From the human T2T-CHM13v2.0 reference genome, Homo sapiens: a stretch of DNA of 64,000 bases. Position numbers and translations under genes: made by a program. Under the pieces are notes generated by a model. The model had not been told where the DNA came from. It did not search any database and saw only the letters and a program-made list of their open reading frames with translations. The DNA is taken from NCBI RefSeq assembly GCF_009914755.1, contig NC_060930.1; one strand, written 5' to 3'. Below, one piece after another: positions 39,093-53,728 of the stretch. Positions within the stretch are counted from its first letter, which is position 1. Every line of letters starts with the position of its first letter.

Positions 39093-39127
39093 TATATATT
39101 CCTTTACAGTAGTCAAAAATGTCTGGA

Positions 39128-39428
39128 GGCCAGGTGTGATGGTTCATGCCTGTAGTCCCACAACTTTGGGACTACAGGATCTCTGGCTCAAGGCCAGAAG
39201 ATCGCTTGAGCCCAGGAGGTTGAGACCAGCCTGGCAAACATAATAAGACCCTGTCTCTACAAAAAATTTAAAAACTTAGCTGGGCATGGTGGCATATGCC
39301 TGTAATACTAAGGTACCCGACAGGCTGAGGCAGGAGGATTATTTGAGCCCAGGAGTTTCAGGCTACAGTGCTGGCAGCCTGGGCAACACAGTGAGACCTT
39401 CTCTTAAAAAAAAAAAAAAAAAAAAAAA
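39128..39428 (+). mobile_element. AluJ with an internal insertion and a right-arm deletion
   Basis: Dimer with gatcgcttgagcccaggagg and a poly(A) tail. Confidence 0.9.
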
Positions 39429-40879
39429 GGCTGGAGAAGCAGAGAAGAATCTATACACCAGGGTTGTTTTTCTGGGACTTTCTCTGGCTAAGGCAAGGGA
39501 AAGGTTTTCCACTTTCAATGCTTTTTCATTGACCACCAGAGCCCCGTTGCATTCACGTTTTCGTTTCTGAACAATAAACTGGCAAATTACCCATTGGGTT
39601 GTTTTAGCCAGGATGCTTGCTGCTGCTGACATTTACCTGGTGATTTGCACCGATTGAAATTCTCCAGAGTAATTGCTATTAGCATATCATCAGGAGTTTA
39701 TCTTGGGAGCTTTTGGGTTTTGCTGATTTAATAACCAAGCTCTGGAGTCTGTGTTATGGGGAAAAATGTTTAGTCTGATGAAGAGAGCAGGAGAGAGTCC
39801 AGCATCTTCTCCTGCAGGTCAGGCCAGAGCTTATTTAAGAGAACGAAAATAAAAAGAGCAAGAGGAACATTTGCTTGTTTAATTGGCCATAGACTTTCCT
39901 GGTAATAATTTGTAGCAAGATAACAGACTTCTTCAAGGTCATGTGTCTGGGCATGGCTGGGTGAGGAAAAGGACTCAGAAAATTCTGGGTGATTGGCTTT
40001 ATAAATGAGTATGCTGATTTTGCTAGGACTCATCGGTCAGTTGATGAATGTCTACTGTTTAACTGAGGGTTCCAGCCCGGCTGGCCTGGCTCTCAGCCTG
40101 GACTCCTGGCCCAGCTGTGTTTGAATAAATGCAAAGATGGAGGACCTGCCCTGGGGTCTGGAGCAGCAAAGGCATTGTGTTCAAATCCCAGGAGCATGAA
40201 CTCCAGCCTGAAGCCAATCATTTGCTGAGAGCCCACTGAAGAGACAACTCAGAAATAGAGCAGACCACCTGGGCAAGAAGTAGGATGGGGCAGCTGTGCC
40301 TGAGTCTGGGCTTGCACAGACCAGGTTGGGTTCTCCCAGCTGTACTATACCCTAGTTCCAGACCCTTGATCTGTTGGAGCAGATCCTGTGATTCCCCATA
40401 TTTGACCTGAAACTGATTTTATAGAGTAGAAAGGGACCTTAGAGTTCCTTGAGTCCAACCACTCCCTGTTTCAGATAAAGTTGAGGCCCATGATGGTACC
40501 CATATCTCTGTACTCCATCATGACCTGAGGGCCCTCCATCACTGCCCGTATTATATTGTTCAGCATTGCTGTGGGCCATTGTGGTCCTTGATCTCCATGT
40601 GAAGGGCTCCATGAAGCCATGGCCTGCATTTTATTAATCATAGGACTTGACACCCAGCAAATGCTCAGTGTTTCAATGAATGAATCAATGAATGGGGTGA
40701 CTTGCCCAAAGATGCATAGTTGTTGGTAGTGGCAGATCCAGGACACCCTGTGCTAGCATTGGCTCAGTGTTCCTGATAGGGCCCCACACTATCCACCAAG
40801 GGGTGAAGCAGAGGCATTAACTACACCAGCATCCGGTCCCAGACTGCTGGAGTTTGGATCTTGGTTCATTAGCTAGCTA

Positions 40880-41337
40880 TGTGGTGGCCACAAAGGCAGG
40901 CTTCTCGGATTCCCTTTCAAAAAGGAATTTGCTGTTCAGCTCTAAGAGGGCAGTTGCTGACAGCCTCCAACACCAGCACCTTCAGGGTCCACCTTGGCTC
41001 TAAAGCCAAGGCCAATTCTTCCCTATCAGTCCCAGCCAATGACAGAGACCAGTAGGAGTACAAGGGCCTGGCCATGCCTGCCCAATGCCAGGCCCTCTAA
41101 TGGGCTGTCTCTGCTCCAGAGTGCCCCACCAGGCTGGCTGAGACTGTCTGAGCTACTCAGTGGTCTGAGGCTCTCCCAGCTCCTTTTCCTTTCCCAGGTT
41201 TCAGGTCTATATTCTAGTCTGAAGGTTTTCCCTCTCCATTTCTACTTTCTCCCCCTTTTATATTTTTTTCACAGGAATACTTCCAATAAACCTCAATAAA
41301 TCTTAGCATCTACTCCCCAGAGGCCTCAACTGACACA
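40880..41337 (+). mobile_element. LTR16A-like solo LTR inserted in a MIR (about 40800-41530)
   Basis: tgtggtggcc...cccagccaatgac...caataaacc...actgacaca; the flanking MIR halves join as ctagct|tgggacctgggacaagt. Confidence 0.75.
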
Positions 41338-42208
41338 TGCTGTGGGACCTGGGACAAGTTCCTTAACCTCTCCAGCCTTCATTTTATCCTCTGTAAATTG
41401 GGCTTATGTTCATATCTGACTCATAGGATGATATGGGCCATCCCTTAGGGAGTAAATGAATCCTGGTAAGGGGCTGGAATAGCACCTGGCACAGGTAGGC
41501 GCTCTATACATGTTAGCTAATGCTATTACTGAGGAATCCTGCTTGTCCGTGGATTTCAGTTGCATGGAATCCTACATCTAAGTAAAGGAACTACAGAAAG
41601 CCTGTAGCCCTTGAACTCATCCACACACACAGCTGGATGCATGTGAGATAAGGTCATAAAAATGCAAACTCTGCTCCTTTTTCCAAGGCACCCACTGTGG
41701 AGCTAACAGAGGCCAGGGGCTGGGATCTGGCTGCAGATCTGGTGGGGGTCAGGCCTGAGCAAATGCTGTCTCTCTCCTGGGAGATAAGGTTCTGAAGGTG
41801 AGGAATGTCCTGACTACCTTCCCAGCCTCAGTGTCTCAACTGGACACCCTACCATGGCCTGCTCGATGCCCAGCTGCCTCTGGTGAAGGTGGGAAAGGTG
41901 AGAGCTGCTCTTGGTGCCTTGTGAATCCCCAGTCTCCTCTCCCAGACACCCTCGGCCACTTTCCCACCTCAATCTAGGTCCTCAACTGCTCTGAGTGTAC
42001 TTCACAGCTGAGATGTTGGCTCATGAAAAAAAAAAAAAACAAAACTAACAAACAAAAAACAGAGTTCTAACCCCCATTCAGCCTCAGCAGCAAGTCATGC
42101 TCTCCCTCTGGGACCAGGATTTAAATTTCTAGGGATAGTTCTGACTGTGACAGGAAAGGTATAGGACTAGATAATGTCTGATTTCCCTTTCTAGCTCTGA
42201 CATTCCAT

Positions 42209-42432
42209 CAGGGGCCAGCCAACTCTTTGCCAACTCTTTCTCTAAAGGGCTAGCAAGCAAATACTTTACATTTATAGGCCATAAGTTATCTGTCATGACT
42301 ACTCAACTCTGCTGTTGTAGTATGAAAGCAGCCATTGACAATATGCAAAAAAAATGAGCCTAGCTGTGCTCAGATAAAACTACCTATAAAATCATGTGCT
42401 TTGGTCCAAGGGCCATATTTTGCCAACTCCCA
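42209..42432. mobile_element. MER58A
   Basis: caggggccagccaact...actactcaactctgctgttgtagtatgaaagcagcca...tttgccaactcc; 11-bp tandem duplication gccaactcttt. Confidence 0.85.
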
Positions 42433-42499
42433 TGCTATGTAATAAATGTGATGATTCTGCCCTGGGGTAACCGATTTTCAGTGGACATGTGGATATTCA

Positions 42500-43060
42500 C
42501 TGGTGGTTTCCTGACGCATTTTTCCCTGCCCTCCTGACCAACAGCACCAGACATTCCTTTGGGTCACTGCTCCTCCTCCTTTGTCTCCCATGTGGTTTGG
42601 GTGTGATGACTTTAAGCTGGACTCTGAGGGGATTGAGGGAGTCAGCATACCCCTCTTGAACCACAGAGATTTATTGGGGGAGTTAAGTGAGAGGAACACA
42701 AAATTCAATCTAGGTCAATGAGTTGTGAGATGTTTGCTAGGGGCTTCACCAGAGATACTTCCTTTTCTTCTGCAGGAACATCTCAGAAGAGAAGCTGTGT
42801 GTGTCCAGATAGTTTTGTAGGCACTATGGTGGTGGGGAAGAGTGTGGTGGCCAGAAGAGAAAACTGGCCTAGAAGTAGAGCAGAGCCAAGGAACTCAAAG
42901 AGAAATGGAGCCAGAGCCCTTCTGACAATGGGAACCCCTGGATCAAACCATGCCTGAAGCCAGAGTCTCTACAAACTTTTCAATCATTAGGCCAATAAAT
43001 TGTTATGCTACCAAGCTAAGTGTCCTGTTATTTACAATAAAAAGGATCCTAACTGATACA
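42500..43060 (+). mobile_element. MLT1J/K-type MaLR LTR
   Basis: cccctggatcaaaccatgcctgaagcca...gccaataaatt...tcctaactgataca. Confidence 0.7.
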
Positions 43061-43204
43061 ATTAGGAACCTCAGAAAAGGGGGACCCACTACCCCCACCA
43101 CTGCTAGGTCCCAAAGAAATGAACCTACAATGGTAGAATTTCAGACCTGTAATTAGGAATGGCAAGGAAATCTCAGGAAGAAACTTGAAGACAGGGGATT
43201 TATT

Positions 43205-44198
43205 TTAAAGGAATTCAGAGTACGCCGTGCCAAAACATGCCACTCAGGTATATGAGGATTATTTTGAGCTGAATGCAATAATGAAAAGGCAGACACAGGA
43301 CAAGCTCTCTGGACTCCTTCTACTACATAAAAACAGAACATAAATTCCCTTGTAAAAGTGCCCCAACCCCATAGCCCCCCAACACAGGCACACATATGCA
43401 TATACACAAAAGCTTCTTATACCAGGAAGAAGATAATATAGAAGAAAGCATATACACAGACAAACCTTACTAACTAGCTCTTATCTACTGTTTCTTTCCC
43501 CATATATTTGCCTTCCATCAATTTGTCTCCCCTAGAAGCTGGAAGGAATTTTCCTTTGTCTTGTCACTTCTCTGCAAAACTATTGTTCTTTGCTAAGATG
43601 CAATGCAAGTCCAAGTTCTAAACACCCCTCTGAGGTACTCACCACCGAGTTTCTCCCAGGTGTATGCACAATGCATGCATTAATAAATGATACAGTTTGG
43701 ATATTTGTCCCCACCCAAATCTCATGTTGAAATGTAATCCCCAGTCTTGGAGGTGCATCCTGGTAGTAGTTGTTTGAATCATGGGGGCAGACCTGTCATG
43801 AATGGCTTGGGCCATCCCTTTGGTGATAAGTGAGATCTCAGAGTTCTCAAGAGATCTGGTCGTTTAAAACTGTGTGGCACCTCCTCCCTCGCTCTCTCTT
43901 GCTCTTGCTTTCACCTTGTGACATGCCTGCTAGCCCTTGGCCTTCTGCTGCGATTGGAAACTTCTTGAGGTCTCCACAGAAGCAGATGCCACTATGCTTC
44001 CTGTACAGCCTGCAGAACCATAAGCCAATTAAATCTCTTTATAGATTACCCAGTCTCAGGCATTTCTTTATAGCAATGCAAGTATGGCCTAAAATAAATT
44101 TCTGTTTTCCTCTTGTTAATCTTTCATCAGTTTAATTTGCAGAGTTCCAGTTAGCAAACCTAAATGCATAGAGGAAAGATTGTTTTCCCTCCCTTACA
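43205..44198 (+). mobile_element. MER34-family LTR split by MSTB
   Basis: ccaaaacatgccact...ggattattttgagctgaa start; ttttccctcccttaca end. Confidence 0.7.
43688..44093 (+). mobile_element. MSTB solo LTR
   Basis: tgatacagtttggatatttgtcccc...gcaatgcaagtatggcctaa; TSD ataaa at 43683-87 and 44094-98. Confidence 0.9.
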
Positions 44199-44599
44199 AT
44201 CTGATATTCCCCAACCCAGACCTCCTAGGGACTGGATGCTGCAGTACACACCTCTGGCCTGAGAGATGAATTGACAGAGGCCAGGGTTACAATGGTGTGT
44301 TTTGTTTTGTTTTGTTTTTACCACCCGATAGGAAGTAAACTTCCTGCCCCCTGGGACAAGAAGACAAGAGGAGGAGGGAACCAGACTACCTCCCCTTAAA
44401 CCCTCTCACATCCAGTGTGAAAGGAGAGGGCAGGGCTACCTTGCATCTGGAACTGAAATAAACCCCGAGGTGCTCTGTCTGATCAGGGCAAGTTAAGGGT
44501 GAAACAGATCTATTCCAACACCTTGACCAGGACCCAGGGGCTTCCTAATCTCAGCCCCTCTGCCCCAACGCATAAGGCCCAGCTACCTCACCCCTCTAC

Positions 44600-44890
44600 T
44601 CTGCTTTGCTGCCCAAAATGTCATGCAAATTGCCAAGCAGAAGCGTTTGACAGGTCCTGCTGAGTTCACCGCAGCTGGCTGCAGAACTGCCAAGAATAGG
44701 ATTGTCTCAATCAGAAGAAGAAAGGCACGGCAGCCAATTAGGACCTGCAATATTTGACTAAGTGTGCCAGATTAATCGCAATTATTAATTACTGGGTATG
44801 GAGAGCAGAAATGTAATTATTGACACCTTCCCTTTGTGGAAATTGGCCTTGGGCAATGGAAATCTGAGAAACCAAAGATAACTAAGAACA
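44600..44890. promoter_or_regulatory. Candidate developmental enhancer (non-repeat motif cluster)
   Basis: ATGCAAAT, TGCCAA x2, TGACAG, several TAAT/ATTA cores, TGACACCT, CCTTTGT and AGATAA within about 290 bp; motif evidence only. Confidence 0.4.
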
Positions 44891-45419
44891 TCTTTCTAGC
44901 CAGGGGATAGAGGGTGGAGGGGGGCAAGTTTTCCTCAGGCTGGGAAGGGGAAATCACAGGGCCATTCCCAATGGATTTTTGAGAGGAAGCACCAACCCAC
45001 TGCTGCCAACTGGCCTGCCCCTACAGGTGGTCCACAATCTGGCTTGGGCCCCCACGTGGTAAAGATTGGTGGTTAAGATAGGGGCTTGGCTCTTGTCCTA
45101 CTTCTGGCCTGATGCACCAAGTGAATCTGGACTCATCACTTTATTTGGGACTCAGTTCCTTTTCTGTTAATGTGGGATTGTGCTGTAATTAGTGTTTCTC
45201 AAAACAGAGGCTGATTAATTTTTCCTGAGTAGGACTATTCAACACATGATAAGAGCCATACATTGCCAAGGGGGCACACTTACTAGGAATCCTTCCTGCC
45301 CCCTCTTCCAACCCCAGTGTTTCCAGCCAGCATGACAACCCAAAAGCACACACCCATGTTTTAACATGTCCCCTAGGGAGACAGTACCAAACCTGGCTGA
45401 GAACCACTACCTGGTAGGT

Positions 45420-45700
45420 GGCATACTTGAAGAGTTGTGTGGCCTCTCTGCACCTCAGGGTCTTCATTTGAGAAATGAGGATTCTAATGCACCTTCCTCA
45501 TTGAGCTATGATGGCTATGATAATTAAATATTACTAAGCACAGTGTCCAGCACATAGTAAGCATAATCATTTTTACCCCTTTTAACATATGGAGCCAAGT
45601 AGTTATGATCTGATTTCAACCCTGAAAACTATATACTATTATCTCTGTTTTACAGATGGGGAAACTGAGGAACTGAGAACTTAAATAACTTGCCAGATTT
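45420..45700. mobile_element. Adjacent MIR fragments in opposite orientations
   Basis: cctcagggtcttcatttgagaaatgagg...cagcacatagtaagc and tttacagatggggaaactgagg. Confidence 0.7.
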
Positions 45701-46537
45701 CAACAATGGATCCTTGTGACTTCCCAACCTGGCCTTTTAACAGCCCATTTGCGGGGGACGTGACAAGGACAGGTCTTCACTGAGGTTTGTTGTAGGTTGT
45801 CTGAGCTGTAGGGGCAGAGAAGAGACACTGGGGCTTCCAGTGATGACTGCCAGGTCTGGAAGACAGGCTGAAGATGGGCTGCATCTTCTGGGTCTGCCAG
45901 GCTGCATGCTTTGCAGGCACCTGTTGTAAATCCAGAGTTGGGATTAAGGAGGTCTTTTGCTCTTTGGCTTCACTAAGATTGTGCTAAAGAGCAGGAAGTG
46001 AGTGGCTGAGCTCTGGGGACCAAGTCTGCAATAACAAAGCTGGGAAAGGGTACGGAGAGGGTCTGCACCCAGAGGCAGCTGCAGAAAGGGCATGGGCAGG
46101 ATACTTCTTCCATTATTGCTTGGGGTCAGCAGAGCTCTGTGTCCTGGGCAGAGGAATATGAGACAGGGGACAATGTCCTTACATTCAGATGTTCAGATAC
46201 CCATCAGAATATTATAGAGAAACCATAGAAAGTTCAGGGGTTCAGGGAGACCCCCTAGGATAGGAGTCACAGCCCATTCTCTGCAAGCTTCTATTCCTGG
46301 TGACCTGCAAGGCCCTGCCTGATCTCCATACTGCCTGAACCAACATTTCTCATTCATCTTTGTGCCACCCCCTTCACGCACTAAGTCCAGACACACTGAC
46401 CTTCTTTCTTTTCCTCTCTCCTATCTCATGGTCTTCACACTTGCAGTCAGTTCTGCCTGAAAGAATTGCTTTTCACCCAGACCTTCCTCCCATAGCTGGC
46501 TCATTTTCATCATTCAAGTCTCATCTCAGAAGCCTCT

Positions 46538-46854
<317 letters not shown>

Positions 46855-46902
46855 TCAGAGAGGCTGCCCAAACCATGCCAGTTGAAATAGACACGTACAC
46901 CC

Positions 46903-47463
46903 AGTAAGAGAAAATTAAAAAAATCTCAGGACCCCCAAACTCATTATGCCAAAGAAAAAGTTAAGCCTCGGAGACTGAGTGACCCAACACTGCCATCTTT
47001 TCCCCAGATGAATAGCTGTCACTCCACAACCTTGTGTCAAAGCGTTATCCATTAGCCAGATCCCCACAGAAAGGCAAAAGGCCTCTAGCATCTCCAGATG
47101 CTTTTGAAAACTTTCAAGATGCATATCCTCCCACAAGACAAGGACATGTCAATTACAACTTTAGGGCTGCAATCTAAGTGTAGCTCCTAAAACTAAAGTC
47201 TGTTAGATTTCACAGTGATACTGCTTATCTTTGCAGATACAGAACAAAGACAAGATTAGATCAATCATTCTTTCACTTACCAAACCTCCCTTTCAGAAAG
47301 TATATAAATACTAAGCCTCCTGAAAAAAAAAAAAAACATTTCTGGAAAAAACAGCCACAGATGCATCTATGACTTGCGTTTTTCCAAGACATATTCTCAA
47401 GCTCTGGCTTAATAAACCTTGATTGATTGAGACTCTTGCCTCAGTCACACATTTCAGTTAACA
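46903..47463 (+). mobile_element. MER4-group ERV1 solo LTR (subfamily uncertain)
   Basis: aaatctcaggacccccaaactcattatgccaaag...gtatataaat...aataaacc...cagttaaca. Confidence 0.7.
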
Positions 47464-47736
47464 CCCCACTCCTACCATGACGATTATGCTGCTTTTATTT
47501 GCTTCTTAGTACTTATTGTAACCTAAAATTGTTTGTTGTTTATTGTCATTTGTCGCAACTAACTTGTAAGTTCCATGAGACCAGTGGTTTTGTCTGTCTT
47601 TTCAACATAGTATTCTGAATCTAGAATAGTGCCTGGCACTTAAAAGGTCCTCAGCAAATATCAAACAAATGAACAAAGGATATAGACACAGCATCTGATC
47701 ACAAAGATCCTTCAGTCTGAGGAGGGAGACACAGCC

Positions 47737-50080
<2,344 letters not shown>

Positions 50081-50752
50081 ATGCCAGATTCAAGTCAGCT
50101 TAGTTATACTAATCCTGACCAGGGCTGAGAGGTTTCACCATGACTCAGTGGCCAATTAAATACTTTTAAATTCATGGTTCATTGTGAGGCTTTCACACAA
50201 GGACAACTATGCAAATATATTCAACACATACGCAGGCAGTGATAAGAGAGAGAGGAACAAACCATAGGGAGAGACCAGTACATTGATAGATGAACTGGGG
50301 GGTGGGGGTTGGGGGTGGGGCAGAGCTGGAGGCCTCAGGGTTCTCATGAGAAGAGCTGCTTCTGCAGGTATCTCACCATGGTTAGTTTCTTTGCTGTTTT
50401 TATGGCCCTCTGAAGGTACATCCATGATCATTATCTCAGCTGTGTTTTGGCTTCACTTTTCCCCCTAGTGGACCAAGCCTAACCCTCTAAAATCAGGGCT
50501 AATTAAACTGGGCTTGATCAGATGTGAGTAGTGAGTATGATTAGCGATGAACCCCACAAATCTACCTCCACTGGTCCAGATACGCCTACCTGACCACTCC
50601 TTAGTGTAGTATAAAGACTTATCTACTTCTTGAATGGAGAAAAGTGGTTATAGGCCATTTTTCTCTCTGCTTGGAGCCCCCTCTCCCCTCTTTGCTGCCC
50701 TCTCAGGTCCTTGCTTCCCATCTCTTTCATCTATATCCATCTTTATAGAATC

Positions 50753-50838
50753 TAGGGCCACTGCAGTGGCAGTCCGTGAGCAGCACCTACCTGGAGTTGT
50801 GTAGTGTACAACCCATGCAGCTGAATGCAGCAGCCCTG
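50753..50838 (-). mobile_element. MER91A-like hAT fragment
   Basis: cctggagttgtgtagtgtacaacc...gcagccctg. Confidence 0.6.
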
Positions 50839-50902
50839 ATAGACTCCCGGATTCAGGGCTAAAAGGGATCACAGAAGGGCTAGAGCATATTCCCTCAACT
50901 TA

Positions 50903-51212
<310 letters not shown>

Positions 51213-51344
51213 GGGGAAATTGAGGCTCCAGGTGTAGAGGAGACTTTTCCAAGGTCATGCCACAGTGATTTAATGACATGGCTGGGATGTGAACCTGCAG
51301 CTCTTGGCTTCTCAGGCAGCACCATTGTTTATCCACTCCCTCCT

Positions 51345-51635
<291 letters not shown>

Positions 51636-52954
51636 TCCACTCCCTCCTCCTAAGGCTATCTAAATATTCCCTACTCCCTTTCTTTACCCTGCAATGTATT
51701 TTGTGATCTCTGTCCTGGTTTCGCACCCATATTCAGACTTAGTACATGCCATGCCTTGGGGTCTTCCTAAGTAAGACATACAACCAAGCTGTGCCGCCAG
51801 TCATGGGTCCACCCCAGAGTGGGGACGCCCTGAGGCTTGGGGCCTTACAAAAGTTAGTAACAGGGTAAAATGCAATGACAGGGGTGGAAAGACCCCCATG
51901 CTTACCCTGGCAGAGTAAAAAGTGCAGATGTCAGACACTCTTGAGTAGACATTGCAGCTCCACTTCACATTATGGGCTTGACCTCAGGCAGTTTGCTTCA
52001 CCTTTCTGGGCTCCAGGATTTTCCAACTACAAAAAGAGATTAAAAAAATAACCCTCACGTCCCCCCGCCCCATCCCAGCTTGCAATTTAGTGAGAATTAA
52101 ATCATGTGATGTACGCGTAATGGGCCCAGCTTAGCACCAGGCACGCGGGCCCACGCTGTGGCTGCACCTGCCCCTCTGAGATACTCTTTCCTCCCCGAAG
52201 ACTTCCTTAGCCTGCGTTCTGCATATGCGTTATGGTTCTGCCCTGTGGAAGCCCTTTTAAGGCAGGAACTGTTCCTGGGAAAAGATAAAATCCTTGGCAC
52301 GGACAAGCCATTACCAGAAATATTTAACCAGCCTGTGTTCACAGGCGGGAGGACACGCATGAAAGCGTTTTATCTTCCTAGCCACAAAGGGAGAGCGGGA
52401 GCCCCGCACCAGGCTGAGATGAAGGCTTGATTTTTTTAAGTAGTCATTTAGGATTCTACTGATGCTTTGCTAACTCCCAGTCAAATCACAACATCATGGA
52501 AAGAAAAACTCCATTTTCTGCAAAGATGTTGAAATGGCCCTTTCCAATTAGGCAATGGGCTCTGGGAGGGGGATCTCAGACAGGCAGCTGAAAGCCGTCT
52601 CTGCTCATCTGTGCATTCAGGGATCTGTGAGCCCAGGGCACCAAAGAAGTAGCCAGTCCAAGTGGACTCTGCATGTCCTAAGGCAGGGAAGAGGCCTCCG
52701 AATGACATCTTGCCCTCTGCCTCCCACCAGGTTGTTCTGGGATGTCCCTGGAGAGTATAAGTGTCTCGTTAATTACTAGTCAGTTATGTGTTTTACATAT
52801 ATTGATTAGTCTGAGCGTCTACCTTGATTAGCAAAGACCATGACTCTCATAAAATTGCCCACAAGTCATATGTGCAAACACCACCATTTACTTGGAATCC
52901 TGCCCTCCCAGTCACTGCTCTACTTTTTATGTATTAACTCATTTAATCTTTACC

Positions 52955-53728
52955 TGTGGTGGCTTCAAGAATGGCCACAAATTCTTTATACTCCTGCCAT
53001 GGAGAGGTGGGGGTCTCAGTCATCTCGCCTTGAATCCAAGCAAGCTCTGGGTCTGCTTTGACCAGTAGAATGTGGCAGGAATGATGCTTTGGCCCACGCC
53101 TTAAAAGATGTTGCCACTCCCATCTCCTGGCATGCTCTCTTTGGGAGCTCTGGGATACTACATAAAAAGCCTGTCGGCCAGGCAGGGTGGCTCACGCCTG
53201 TAATTCCAGCACTTTGGGAGGCCGAGGCAGGCAAATTGCAAGGTCAGGAGTTCAAGACCACCCTGGCCAACATGGCGAAACCCCGTGTCTACTAAAAATA
53301 CAAAAATTATCCAGGTGTGGTGGCAGGCACCTGTAATTCCAGCTACTCAGGAGGTTGAGGCAGGAGAATCGCTTTAACCTGGGAGGTGGAGATTGTAGTA
53401 AGCCGAGATCGCACCACCGCACTCCAGCCTGGGCGACAGAACAAGACGCCATCTCAAAATAAATAAATAAATAAATAAAAGCCCTGTGAGCACTCTAGTT
53501 GACCATCCCAGCTGGACCCAGCCTTTCAGTCACCCCAGTTGAGATGCCAGATGTGTGAGTGAAGCCTTTTGGGACCCTCCAGGCCAGCTGAACACCATCG
53601 AGTGACAACAGCTGACAGAATGTGGAGCAGATGCACTGAGTGGTAGACCTAGCCTGAGCGACTGACCCAGGACAGCGTGAAATATAATAAAATGGCTGGC
53701 TTTATGCAGCAATAGATAAGCAGAATAA
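52955..53728 (+). mobile_element. MLT1F/G/H-type LTR inserted in a MIR (about 52890-53885) and split by an Alu
   Basis: tgtggtggcttcaagaatggccacaaattcttt...ttatgcagcaatagataa. Confidence 0.75.
53176..53480 (+). mobile_element. AluS
   Basis: Full dimer, (TAAA)n tail, TSD taaaa(a/g)...cctgt. Confidence 0.95.
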
